A DNA stretch of 64,000 nucleotides from an uncultured Bdellovibrionales bacterium (GTDB taxonomy: Bacteria > Patescibacteriota > Minisyncoccia > Moranbacterales > UBA1568), in assembly GCA_964451495.1 (NCBI GenBank), contig CAYVHS010000001.1:69358-133357 (forward strand). Reading direction: 5' to 3'. The notes under the pieces were generated by a model. That model was given only the letters and a program-made list of their open reading frames with translations, had not been told where the DNA came from and ran no database searches. How positions within the stretch are numbered: position 1 is the stretch's first letter; the number at the start of each line of letters is the position of its first letter. The translations under genes were made by a program, and so were the position numbers. Shown one piece after another: positions 45,457 through 54,793 of the stretch.

Positions 45457-45496
45457 AGAAGAGCCAGTAATGGATAAATCATACACTACGAACACT

Positions 45497-45772
45497 ATGA
45501 AAAAGATTAACGTGACACCGCTCGGAGAAAATGTTCTCGTGCATCCCGAAAAACCAGCAGAGAAAACTGCTGCCGGTATCTATCTTCCCGAAACAGTCAG
45601 TCAGGAGCGTTCGCAACTTGGCGAAGTGGTGGCTATTGGTGAAAGCGATAAGATCAAAGTAAAGACTGGTCAGAAGATTCTTTTTAGGCGTTATGGCGGC
45701 GAAGAAGTGAAGATAGAAGGGGAAGAGTACCTCATCGCGAGCTACAAGGATATCTTGGCGATTATCGAGTAA
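45497..45772 (+). CDS. groES: Co-chaperonin GroES
   Basis: PLGENVLV, KTAAGIYLP, GEVVAIG, YGGEEVKIEGEEYLI..DILA. Confidence 0.93.
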   Translation: MKKINVTPLGENVLVHPEKPAEKTAAGIYLPETVSQERSQLGEVVAIGESDKIKVKTGQKILFRRYGGEEVKIEGEEYLIASYKDILAIIE

Positions 45773-45796
45773 ATTCTAGCCCATATATTTCTCAAA

Positions 45797-45831
45797 CTAA
45801 AAAAACATCCTCAGCTCAGGATGTTTTTTAG
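45797..45831. terminator. Bidirectional intrinsic terminator
   Basis: aaaaaacatcct-cagctc-aggatgtttttt. Confidence 0.8.
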
Positions 45832-45860
45832 CTTTCATTAACTCATGAAGCGAAGTGAAA

Positions 45861-46676
45861 TCATTTTTCGAGCGGTAAAGGAGAGGTCGTAGAGAGATGA
45901 TCATTGCCCGATAGGGTTTTGGCGGCGAGAATGTTGAGATCAAAAAGACGAACGCCCGATTGGAAAGAGACGAGTTCATTTTCTCCGTAGACGATAACGA
46001 GTTTGGCTGGAGGAATTTCTTTTGCTCTTTTTTCTATTTGATCCAGTGGGATATTAGTAGCGCCTTTAATATGATTTTTTTCAAAATTTTGGACTGATTG
46101 CGTATCGAGAATAAAAATATTAGCAGGCGGATGAGAAAGGAGTGTCTTGAGCGCATCCGGAGAAATATAGGTTATTTTAGCTTGGTCGACAAATGAGTTG
46201 GGATTGCCAAAAGAAACGGTCTGATAGCTACTTGTCTTCCATCGCTCGAATCCTCCTTGGAGAAAAAAATACGTATATGATTTTTGATTGAGGATATTTT
46301 TGGCCGCCTCAAATGTTTGCTTGTCCTGTTCTGAGAAGATGATAACTACCTGTTCGTCTTTTTCTGGAGAAAATCCGACCAGGCTACTAATGGGAATAGA
46401 AATCGAATGGAGAACATGTTCTGTTTTATAGTCTTCGTTTGAGCGCACATCAATCAGTTTGAGGGTCTCGCCATTGTTTATTTTCTTTTGAAGCACATCG
46501 GGGGCTATTGTCGGAGTATTTTTAGCCCCTTCCTCGTTTTTTGTGTAAATATCCCCATCACCTTCGACTTCTGGTGAGGCGAAAAAGGCTTTACCTATGA
46601 AATAAACTCCCACAAAAAAAATCAAAATACCGCCAATAAAAACCGTTTTGATATCGCGATGATTATGCCTAGTCAT
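45861..46676 (-). CDS. Membrane-anchored tandem rhodanese-like domain protein
   Basis: LIDVRS..Y..H..SISIP, LQGGFERW and ILD..HIKGATNIP; no Cys in the protein. Confidence 0.8.
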   Translation of the reverse strand: MTRHNHRDIKTVFIGGILIFFVGVYFIGKAFFASPEVEGDGDIYTKNEEGAKNTPTIAPDVLQKKINNGETLKLIDVRSNEDYKTEHVLHSISIPISSLVGFSPEKDEQVVIIFSEQDKQTFEAAKNILNQKSYTYFFLQGGFERWKTSSYQTVSFGNPNSFVDQAKITYISPDALKTLLSHPPANIFILDTQSVQNFEKNHIKGATNIPLDQIEKRAKEIPPAKLVIVYGENELVSFQSGVRLFDLNILAAKTLSGNDHLSTTSPLPLEK

Positions 46677-46709
46677 AGGCGTGATTTTTTTATCAAATTT
46701 TTAGAGACG

Positions 46710-47777
46710 CTATTGTAGTAGGGTCCCGATAATGTCTTTATTGCCACGCATAAATTCGGCGATATCTATTTGTGTCTTTCCTTCGAGCTGAACTTTTTCG
46801 AGAAAGACGACACCCATACCTGTCTGGACCCCTATTTTTTCACCAAGCTCGAACACTTGACCAATAGCATACGCTGTTTGGGGGGATTGTTTTTGATAAG
46901 AAATCTGATGCATCTTGAGGCGGATAGTCCCGTCGTCTTGTCTCCAAAAGGTGAAAATGCCAGGCCATGGTGAGAGAGCACGATAGCGGTTGTAGATACT
47001 TTCGGCATCATCTGTCCACATGATGTGCCCATCTTCGCGCTCAATCAACTGACAGAGAGTCGCCCGCTCGCCATCTTGAGGAACAGGAGAGATGTTTCGT
47101 TTTACCCAAAGCGGTATCGTTTCAAGTAGGAGATCCTTACTTGCCTCAGTAAGCTTGATAAGGAGCAAATCCTTGGTATCTGTCGTATCGATAGAAACGT
47201 GTTTCTGAGCGAGAATATCTCCAGTATCCATGCCTTGGTCCATGAGCATGATGGTGATGCCCGTCTCTGTCTCCCCGGCCAGAAGAGCATTCTGTATCGG
47301 TGACGCGCCACGCCATTTTGGCAGGAGTGAAGCATGCACATTCACGCAGCCGAATCCCGGAATTTTAAGCAGTTCTGGTGGAAGGATTTTCCCGTAAGCA
47401 GCGACGATAATCAAATCAGGTTTTAATTCGGAAATTTTTTTGATTATTTCTTTGTCGAGTTTTTGTGGCTGTTCGATAGGGAGGTTATTTCTGAGAGCCA
47501 CTTCTTTGACTGCGCTCATAGTAGCCTCTTGTTTCCGACCTGCTGGCTTGTCGGGCTTGGTCACGACAGAAACGATGTGATACTGCTTCTCAATGAGGCT
47601 TTCCAAAAGAGTAGCAGCAAACTGAGGTGTCCCCATGAAAATCACGCGAATTTTCGGTGCCCCATGAAAGTGTATCTCTCTTTGTATGTCCGTATCCGAA
47701 GATCCGTGAGGTTGAGCATTTTCCTCTATCGAAGCATCTTCTTTTTTTGACCGAATTATATCAAGCCAGGCTGCCAT
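46710..47777 (-). CDS. fmt: Methionyl-tRNA formyltransferase
   Basis: VIFMGTPQFA, VVTKPDKP.GR, AYGKILP, NVHASLLPKWRGASPI, MDTGDI; N-terminal extension of about 40 aa. Confidence 0.95.
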   Translation of the reverse strand: MAAWLDIIRSKKEDASIEENAQPHGSSDTDIQREIHFHGAPKIRVIFMGTPQFAATLLESLIEKQYHIVSVVTKPDKPAGRKQEATMSAVKEVALRNNLPIEQPQKLDKEIIKKISELKPDLIIVAAYGKILPPELLKIPGFGCVNVHASLLPKWRGASPIQNALLAGETETGITIMLMDQGMDTGDILAQKHVSIDTTDTKDLLLIKLTEASKDLLLETIPLWVKRNISPVPQDGERATLCQLIEREDGHIMWTDDAESIYNRYRALSPWPGIFTFWRQDDGTIRLKMHQISYQKQSPQTAYAIGQVFELGEKIGVQTGMGVVFLEKVQLEGKTQIDIAEFMRGNKDIIGTLLQ

Positions 47778-47811
47778 AATGATTTTCTATTTTATTTATT
47801 TGTATACATCT

Positions 47812-48303
47812 TTAAAAGAGACGTTCGAGGATGGCTGATTGTTCTCTATTTCCCTTTTGTTGTTTTTTGAAGCGATTGCAGATGAGGATACCATCAAGAT
47901 GATCGATTTCATGTTGGATGACAATAGCGAGAAATCCATCAGCGCGTAATTTTTTCGGAAGACCTTTCTCGTTCTGATATTTAAGAGTGATACTTTCGGA
48001 ACGGACAACCGGGAAAAATTGATTTGGGAGACTCAGACAGCCTTCTTCATACACGATTTTTTCCTGAGAATACGAGGTGATCTCAGGATTGATAAGATAA
48101 AAAATTTCTTCGTCTACTTCGAGGACCGCGAGTCTGATGGATTTTCCGATCTGAGGAGCAGCGAGTCCTGTGCCATGTTCTCGATACATCGCTTCGAGCA
48201 TCTCTGGTAACAGAGCCTGTATTTCTGGAGCGAGAGGATCAGGAATCAACTCTGTTTTTTTGAGAAGAATGTCAGTGGTTGCGCCGGTGACAAGTGTCAG
48301 CAT
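47812..48303 (-). CDS. def: Peptide deformylase
   Basis: GTGLAAPQIG, EGCLS, QHEIDHLDG; start reassigned to 48303. Confidence 0.95.
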   Translation of the reverse strand: MLTLVTGATTDILLKKTELIPDPLAPEIQALLPEMLEAMYREHGTGLAAPQIGKSIRLAVLEVDEEIFYLINPEITSYSQEKIVYEEGCLSLPNQFFPVVRSESITLKYQNEKGLPKKLRADGFLAIVIQHEIDHLDGILICNRFKKQQKGNREQSAILERLF

Positions 48304-48314
48304 AGGAGTACGTG

Positions 48315-50303
48315 TTAGTGAAATGATATCGGATCGACATCGACAATGCAATGTTTATGCTTTTTTAAGACAGTAAGTATGATTTCATGAGGAGAAGGAG
48401 ATGTTTTTGGTATGCGGATGACGAGCGAGCTTTCGAAACTATCCCGCCGCTTGAGTGATCTCGGAGGCTGAGGAGGGCTGATGCGAATCCCTTTCGCTTT
48501 GGGGAGCACTTGTTCTAATGTTTCAAATATGACCCGGATTGTTTTTTCTGTATCCTCGCTTGTTTTCCCTTGGTACGTAATGGATATGAGTCGGGAGAAT
48601 GGTGGATAGGAAAGAGCTTCCCGTTCGGCTACAATCTGCTCGAAAATTTCTTGATTGCCCAGACCAGAAATTCGTTGAAAAAAAGTGCTTTCCGGATGAA
48701 ATGTTTGCACGATTACTTTCTGATCGATAGCGAGCGAAAGATCTTTGGCACTCGCTACTTGATTGACGGCTCGGGTCAAATGTTGGAAGAAGCGTTCATC
48801 GGCCAAGAAATTCGGGAAAGAAAGCAAACTATCCGCGTCAATCATAGCAATGAGAGACAGTTTCGGCAAGGGCGGATCTTTGAGAATCATCTGAGTTCCG
48901 ATAAGGATATCTATTTTCCCAGAGACAGCTTTTTGATAGAGTTCTTCGCTCATACCTCCTTTACGCATGGTCTGACTATCAGCCCGGAAAATCCTGGCCC
49001 CAGGAAAAGCCCTGGTAACTTCTTTTTCTATACGTTCGGTGCCAAATCCAACATTACGGAAAGAGAGATGTCCACAAGTAGGGCAGCTCGGGAAAAGGCT
49101 CGTCTTATAATGACATGAGAGGCAACGAAAATATCCCTCCTTTGTGCTCGTGAGAGCGTGATGGCATTCTTTGCAACGCAAGATATTTTTGCAGTTTTCA
49201 CAGACGGAAAAAGCATTCATGCCTTGACGGTTGATATACAGGAGCGCCTGTCGTTTTGCAGCCAGTGTTTCGCGCAGGCTTTTGAAGAGCTCTTCTGAAA
49301 GCGGTGAGTAATTTTTCTTGAAACGCTCTAGTCTCAGGTTGACGATAGTAAGTGCTCCGCCGATGGCTCCTTTGGGAATAATGGGCACAAGCGGGGTGAA
49401 TATTTTTTCTTGTAGAGCATAGAGGCTTTCAGTACTCGGGGTATTGGACGTGCTGAGGAGTTTGGATCTGTGGAGCTGTGTGAGCATACTAGCGACGATC
49501 CTGCCATCGTAGCGCGGACTCATATCCCATTGCTTGTAGCTTTCGTCTTGTTCTTCGGTTATGATGACGAGTCCCAAGTGTTTAAATGGCGCAAAGAGGC
49601 CTTGGCGAGTGGCGATGATGATAGATGCAGAACCGAGCCGAATACGCTCCCAGGCTTCGAAATATGGACCATCAGCTAGCTGACTATGAAGTGTAGCTAT
49701 AGATTCTTCCGGAAAAAATTGACAAAGCTGCGCCTCGAGTGCGGGGATGAGCGTGATTTCTGGAACCAACAAGAGCGTCTGTTGTTTTTTTGCCAACATC
49801 TTTTTAATAAGCAATGCAAAAATCCGTTTTGGATTAGCGATAACAGAGGTGTCGAGGTAGAGATGTTGTTCAGGTGCGGTTTCTGCGAAAATATCTAGTA
49901 GGGGACGGTCGTCTTTGTGCGTTTTAAGCGGAAGTATTTTCTGCTTTTGGTCCGTAGCTTTCTTTGTACGCGCTTTGACCTGTTTGGGGAGGAAATGTTT
50001 GAGAGTTTTTCCGAGTGATGTGAAGTATTCATCACTGATCATTCTTCCCAGTTCGCATTGTTCTTGAGTCAGAAATTCTGGGATGATTACTTTGGAAATA
50101 CACTTCATCCAGTTGGGCAATTTTCCTGGCAATGGTTGACAAGCATAGACAATACCTTCAATTTCTCGTGTTCCAAAGGGAATCCGCACCAAAGATCCCA
50201 AAGCGATACCTTCGTAGCTGGCGTAACTGAAAAGTGGTGATCGTCCGAGGGGTAGGATGAGGAGTGGAGCGATTTCGAGGCGGTAAAGGGTAGATTCTTT
50301 CAT
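48315..50303 (-). CDS. priA: Primosomal protein N' (PriA) with degenerate helicase motifs
   Basis: LVPEI, ESYKQ..PRYDGR, four CxxC pairs, GFGTE, ILIGTQM, YPPF; next to def/fmt. Confidence 0.9.
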   Translation of the reverse strand: MKESTLYRLEIAPLLILPLGRSPLFSYASYEGIALGSLVRIPFGTREIEGIVYACQPLPGKLPNWMKCISKVIIPEFLTQEQCELGRMISDEYFTSLGKTLKHFLPKQVKARTKKATDQKQKILPLKTHKDDRPLLDIFAETAPEQHLYLDTSVIANPKRIFALLIKKMLAKKQQTLLLVPEITLIPALEAQLCQFFPEESIATLHSQLADGPYFEAWERIRLGSASIIIATRQGLFAPFKHLGLVIITEEQDESYKQWDMSPRYDGRIVASMLTQLHRSKLLSTSNTPSTESLYALQEKIFTPLVPIIPKGAIGGALTIVNLRLERFKKNYSPLSEELFKSLRETLAAKRQALLYINRQGMNAFSVCENCKNILRCKECHHALTSTKEGYFRCLSCHYKTSLFPSCPTCGHLSFRNVGFGTERIEKEVTRAFPGARIFRADSQTMRKGGMSEELYQKAVSGKIDILIGTQMILKDPPLPKLSLIAMIDADSLLSFPNFLADERFFQHLTRAVNQVASAKDLSLAIDQKVIVQTFHPESTFFQRISGLGNQEIFEQIVAEREALSYPPFSRLISITYQGKTSEDTEKTIRVIFETLEQVLPKAKGIRISPPQPPRSLKRRDSFESSLVIRIPKTSPSPHEIILTVLKKHKHCIVDVDPISFH

Positions 50304-50382
50304 AGCCCTATTTTAGCACATAAATATGAATCCACTATCGCTCCGTATTGATTTTTTGGCTTAAGTTCGCTATCATTCCCAT

Positions 50383-50931
50383 ATGAACAAGACACGTCGA
50401 TTATTCGTCGGTATCCCGCTCTCGCCAGAGCTCCGCAAAAGACTGAAGCGAGAGATGCTTTCTTGGCCCAAAGAGGCTGTTCTTCAGACTGCCGAAGAAA
50501 ATCTCCATGTGACTTTGATGTTTCTCGGCTTCGTCCAGGAAGAGGATATTCCAGAAATGTGCGCCATAGTAGGGGAGGCGTGTCAGGAGCACCAGGCCTT
50601 TGAACTCTCTTTTACCGGCATGGAACTTCAAGATAACTTAGAAAACCCCAAAATGATCTGGCTCTCTGGTCAAGCGAGTGAAGAACTGAAGCATTTGCGC
50701 GAATCCCTGGAAAAAGCATTTTCTGCTTTTGTAGTAGAAAAGAAAACCTATCGTCCTCATGTGATACTTGCCAAGATCAAGAAATCCAAATGGTTGAAAC
50801 TTGAACAGAAGCCGATTCTCAAAGAAAAACTTTTCCTCATAGAATCAGTCGATACTGTTGCCGTTTTTGAAAGTCTCGCTATCGATGGTAAGCGCCGTTA
50901 CGAACAGATCGATACCTTTCATCTTGAATAA
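50383..50931 (+). CDS. thpR: 2H phosphoesterase, RNA 2',3'-cyclic phosphodiesterase (ThpR/LigT family)
   Basis: RLFVGI, NLHVTLMFLG, YRPHVILAK, FES. Confidence 0.85.
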   Translation: MNKTRRLFVGIPLSPELRKRLKREMLSWPKEAVLQTAEENLHVTLMFLGFVQEEDIPEMCAIVGEACQEHQAFELSFTGMELQDNLENPKMIWLSGQASEELKHLRESLEKAFSAFVVEKKTYRPHVILAKIKKSKWLKLEQKPILKEKLFLIESVDTVAVFESLAIDGKRRYEQIDTFHLE

Positions 50932-50947
50932 TTGGTAACAAAAATAT

Positions 50948-51643
50948 ATGCGACTGTTTGGGGTCCCTCTCGACAATCTCACGCGAGAAGAGATACTCGA
51001 TCGAATAGATGGATTTCTCGCGGAGCCCGGGTTTCATCGTATCGCTACCGTCAACCCGGAATTTCTCTTGTATGCAAGAGAGAACCAGTCCTTCAGAGAA
51101 TCACTTCTCAACGCCGACCTTCGTATCGCTGATGGCGCTGGACTGTATCTAGCGTTTTGGAAACAGGGAGAGAAATTGCAAACGCGCTTCCCTGGGGCAG
51201 ATCTCATGTTGTCGATTCTCGAACAAGCAGAGAGGAGAGCGCTCAATGTTTTTCTCGCTCTCCATGAAGAGGGACTTTCGAGTAGTCAGGAAATCAGGCG
51301 AACGCTCCTCGAGAGATATCCTCGACTGAATCTTGTTGATGATATCGAGTTGGCACAGATTGTCTTGTGCAATTTCGGGGCGCCGCTACAGGAGATTCAT
51401 CTGGCAGCCTACGCGAATGATCCAAAGAAGATTCGATTAGCTATGGGAGTAGGTGGAGCGTTTGATTATCTGACAAACAAGAAAAGACGCGCGCCCAAGT
51501 GGATGCAAAATGCCGGCCTCGAATGGTTCTGGCGTTTTATTCTCCAGCCGAAGAGGTGGCGGAGAATATGGAATGCAGTGGTAATGTTTCCGTGGAGGGT
51601 TATTTTTGACAAAGAAAAAACCGGTCCAGAAAAGATCCTCTAG
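50948..51643 (+). CDS. WecB/TagA/CpsF family glycosyltransferase
   Basis: TVNPE, ADG, RFPGADL, GAPLQE, MGVGGAFD, RAP.W...GLEWFWR...P.RWRR. Confidence 0.92.
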   Translation: MRLFGVPLDNLTREEILDRIDGFLAEPGFHRIATVNPEFLLYARENQSFRESLLNADLRIADGAGLYLAFWKQGEKLQTRFPGADLMLSILEQAERRALNVFLALHEEGLSSSQEIRRTLLERYPRLNLVDDIELAQIVLCNFGAPLQEIHLAAYANDPKKIRLAMGVGGAFDYLTNKKRRAPKWMQNAGLEWFWRFILQPKRWRRIWNAVVMFPWRVIFDKEKTGPEKIL

Positions 51644-51782
51644 AACGGTTCAACTGAGAGCTTGTTGGCTTTAGGATTTTATCCTCAGGAGCCTCAGTGG
51701 TTGGCGAGACCGCTCCTGTTCGGGTTATGCCCGAAGTTTTATCGATGCCGCATGATTCTCACCTCCATTAAAAAAGTACTGA
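51610..51782 (-). ncRNA. Putative small transcript carrying a mini-ORF (MRHR*) and stacked hairpins
   Basis: Perfect promoter upstream, SD GGAGGTGA, ATGCGGCATCGATAA, three hairpins, then a terminator with a U-tract. Confidence 0.55.
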
Positions 51783-51788
51783 ATCGTT

Positions 51789-51817
51789 ATTATACACCCA
51801 AAACACTACTTTGTCAA
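51789..51817 (-). promoter_or_regulatory. Perfect consensus sigma70 promoter
   Basis: TTGACA-17-TATAAT. Confidence 0.85.
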
Positions 51818-51903
51818 TAGCGAGAAATATATTGGTAATACGTTACTTGCCGAGTCTGTATAAAAAAGCTACTATTAAGCCATATTCTTGTACTTATACT
51901 GGT

Positions 51904-53442
51904 ATGGATCAATCTTATAAAGACGTTCGTGTTCGTTTTGCGCCTTCTCCGACAGGTTATCTCCATGTCGGTGGTTTACGGACCGCTCTCTATAATTATC
52001 TTTTTGCCAAAAAGCATGAGGGTACGTTCATTTTGCGCATCGAGGATACCGATCAGAAGCGTTTTGTTTCGGGTTCAGCGGAGAGTCTCATCCAGACACT
52101 GGGGGCGCTGGGGATGCAGTATAATGAAGGGCCATTTTTGAAAAATGAACGCACAGGGTATCCTTCAGAACAGTATTCCGAAATCGTCGAGGTGGGCGAG
52201 TGTGGTCCATACATCCAATCTGAACGCCTCAATCTCTATAAGAAATACGCAGACGAATTAATCGAGAGTGGCCAAGCATACTATTGTTTCTGTTCCGCCG
52301 AGCGTCTCGAACAAGTACGCGCGGATCAGGTAGCGAGCAAGCAGGCTTCACGTTATGACCGCCACTGCCTGACTCTTTCTCCTGAAGAACGAGCAGAAAA
52401 GAAAGCGGCTGGTGTCCCGTATGTAATCCGTTTCCGCGTGCCAGATAATCGGGAAATCATATTTGATGATCTCGTCCGGGGTACGGTGAGATTTCATACG
52501 CACGATACAGACGATCAGGTACTCCTCAAGTCGGATGGATTCCCGACGTATCATCTCGCGGTCGTAGTCGACGATCATTTGATGCAGATCACGCATGTAC
52601 TACGAGCAGAAGAATGGCTACCGTCGACACCTAAACATATCCTTTTGTATGAAGCGTTCGGTTGGGAAGCTCCACATTTTGCGCATATTCCACTTCTTCT
52701 CAATCCTGATAAATCTAAACTTTCCAAGCGACAGGGCGATGTCGCTGTCGAGGATTATCTCAAGAAAGGCTACCTCAAAGAAGCGCTGGTCAATTTTGTT
52801 GCGCTCCTCGGATGGAATCCGGGGCAGGGCAGTACGCAAGAAATATTCTCGCTCGAAGAGCTGTCACAAGTATTTAACCTCTCGACGGTCCATAAAGCCG
52901 GGGCGGTGTTTGATTTGAAAAAACTCGATTGGATGAATGCAGAATATATCAAGAAACTCCCTATCGAACATCTGTACGAAGCTACGCATGTCGGAAACTT
53001 TTTCCATAAGCCGCTGATTGAGGATGCTCCGGCTACGATGCACACCCCGGAATACCTGAAGAAAGTACTGTCAATCGAACAGGATCGTCTCGTCAAACTT
53101 TCTGACGTTGGAGAAAACAACCCATTCTTTTTTTCTGAGACCCTTTCGTATGATGCGACACTTCTCAACTGGAAAGAAAATTCGGCCGAAGTGACCAAAG
53201 AGACGCTCGAGAGGTCTCTTGGAATACTTACAAATCTTTCTGAAACAGATTGGGAAACCAGAGATGTTCTCGAAAAAATTCTTATGGATGCAGCGGGGGA
53301 GAAGCGCGGAGATTTCCTCTGGCCACTCCGCGTCGCGCTCACAGGGGCACAGCGTTCTCCTTCACCATTTGATTGTGCCTGGGTGCTCGGCAAAGAGATA
53401 AGCCTCAATCGTATCCGTCAAGCCATAGTCAAGCTCGCATAA
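51904..53442 (+). CDS. gltX: Glutamate--tRNA ligase
   Basis: RVRFAPSPTGYLHVG, LRIEDTDQ, AYYCFC, PTYHLA.VVDDH, KLSKR; start reassigned to 51904. Confidence 0.97.
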   Translation: MDQSYKDVRVRFAPSPTGYLHVGGLRTALYNYLFAKKHEGTFILRIEDTDQKRFVSGSAESLIQTLGALGMQYNEGPFLKNERTGYPSEQYSEIVEVGECGPYIQSERLNLYKKYADELIESGQAYYCFCSAERLEQVRADQVASKQASRYDRHCLTLSPEERAEKKAAGVPYVIRFRVPDNREIIFDDLVRGTVRFHTHDTDDQVLLKSDGFPTYHLAVVVDDHLMQITHVLRAEEWLPSTPKHILLYEAFGWEAPHFAHIPLLLNPDKSKLSKRQGDVAVEDYLKKGYLKEALVNFVALLGWNPGQGSTQEIFSLEELSQVFNLSTVHKAGAVFDLKKLDWMNAEYIKKLPIEHLYEATHVGNFFHKPLIEDAPATMHTPEYLKKVLSIEQDRLVKLSDVGENNPFFFSETLSYDATLLNWKENSAEVTKETLERSLGILTNLSETDWETRDVLEKILMDAAGEKRGDFLWPLRVALTGAQRSPSPFDCAWVLGKEISLNRIRQAIVKLA

Positions 53443-53523
53443 AAAACGGCATTGATACGATATTTCATTAAAAACAGGCTCTTTCTGAGGCTGTTTTGCT
53501 TATGGTATACTAAAAGACACGAT

Positions 53524-54792
53524 ATGCCCAAACAAAACAAATACTTGAAAATAGGATTTTTTGTATCAGCCGTCTTTTGCGGCGGTTTGTTTGTTTCTGA
53601 TTGGACACAGGCGAGCGATTCAATCACAACGATGACTGATCAACAGAAAAAGGATCTCGAGAAAAAACAAGACCAAATTGATGCTATCAATGCCAAGATT
53701 AAGGCATATAAACAAATAATCGATCTTAAAACCCGGCAAGGCTCGACACTGAGCGATCAGATTACGACACTGGGAGCACAGGCGAATAAACTTGAACTCG
53801 AGATAGACCAGAACGAGAAACAGATCGAGGACCTAGAAGGAGGCATTGGTATGCTTGCTACGCGTATTCGTGAAAAGGAAATCCTTATAGCTCAGCAGAA
53901 AAGGATTCTTTCTGAACTCATGCGCACTCATTATGATAATTATTCGAGCGGGAACATCGCTCCGCTCTTCCTGACTTCAAGTGAGAACCTCCTCTATTTT
54001 AAACAGGACGATTGGACGAGCGAAGTCGGAGATAAAGTGCGTGAGATGCTTGATTCGGTACAAACACTGCGCGATAGCCTCTCGCAAGAAAAAACTATTA
54101 TTGAAGCCAAGAAAAAGGAGGTCGATACTCTACATGCGCAGCTTTCAGAGCGGAACGATTACTTGGAAAGTACCAAAGAAAATAAAGCGCAACTTCTTGC
54201 CAAGACTCAGGTAGAAGCAAAGAAATACGATTCGCTTGTGGATGACCTCCAAAAACAGCGCGATGAAATTGAACAGGAAATTAATGATCTGGAAGCCGAT
54301 AAGCTTGGCGATCTCAATCTGAGTGATATGCCAGCGTTTAAGCATGGTTTATTTGACTATCCGGTAAAAAAAGTAGTAATCACTCAAAAGTATGGTAAGA
54401 CAAGTTTTTCGAAAAATTACGCTTCAGGCAAGCACAATGGCGTTGATTTTGGAGTATCAGCAGGAACACCTATTTATGCACCGCTTGGCGGCAAAGTAGT
54501 CGGCGTCGGCAATAATGGCCGTTATGCTTATGGCAAATGGGTTGCTATTGATCACGGCAACGGCATCATCACATTGTACGGGCACATGAGTTCACAGTCG
54601 GTGAGTAAAGGAAGTAGTCTCAAAACCGGGGATAAGATAGGTCTCTCAGGTAATACTGGTTATTCGACTGGACCACACCTCCATTTCACTGTTTTTTCTT
54701 CAAAAACTTTTGAATTGGTAAAATCTACGAAAGTAAATAATCTCTGGATTCCTATCGGTGCAACCGTTAATCCGATGAATTACCTTCCGTAG
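53524..54792 (+). CDS. Coiled-coil M23 peptidase (peptidoglycan DD-endopeptidase/EnvC-like)
   Basis: Signal peptide, long coiled coil, HNGVD, YGHM, GNTGYSTGPHLHF, NPMNYL. Confidence 0.9.
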   Translation: MPKQNKYLKIGFFVSAVFCGGLFVSDWTQASDSITTMTDQQKKDLEKKQDQIDAINAKIKAYKQIIDLKTRQGSTLSDQITTLGAQANKLELEIDQNEKQIEDLEGGIGMLATRIREKEILIAQQKRILSELMRTHYDNYSSGNIAPLFLTSSENLLYFKQDDWTSEVGDKVREMLDSVQTLRDSLSQEKTIIEAKKKEVDTLHAQLSERNDYLESTKENKAQLLAKTQVEAKKYDSLVDDLQKQRDEIEQEINDLEADKLGDLNLSDMPAFKHGLFDYPVKKVVITQKYGKTSFSKNYASGKHNGVDFGVSAGTPIYAPLGGKVVGVGNNGRYAYGKWVAIDHGNGIITLYGHMSSQSVSKGSSLKTGDKIGLSGNTGYSTGPHLHFTVFSSKTFELVKSTKVNNLWIPIGATVNPMNYLP

Positions 54793-54793
54793 T

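Noticed and set aside
45433-45470. CIRCE element at groES
   Set aside because: Only a loose half-site; no TTAGCACTC-N9-GAGTGCTAA.
51811-51903. N-terminal extensions of GltX, and similar ones for def, the M23 peptidase, GGDEF and 59143
   Set aside because: They run through promoter regions; downstream ATGs fit the family N-termini or SD sites.
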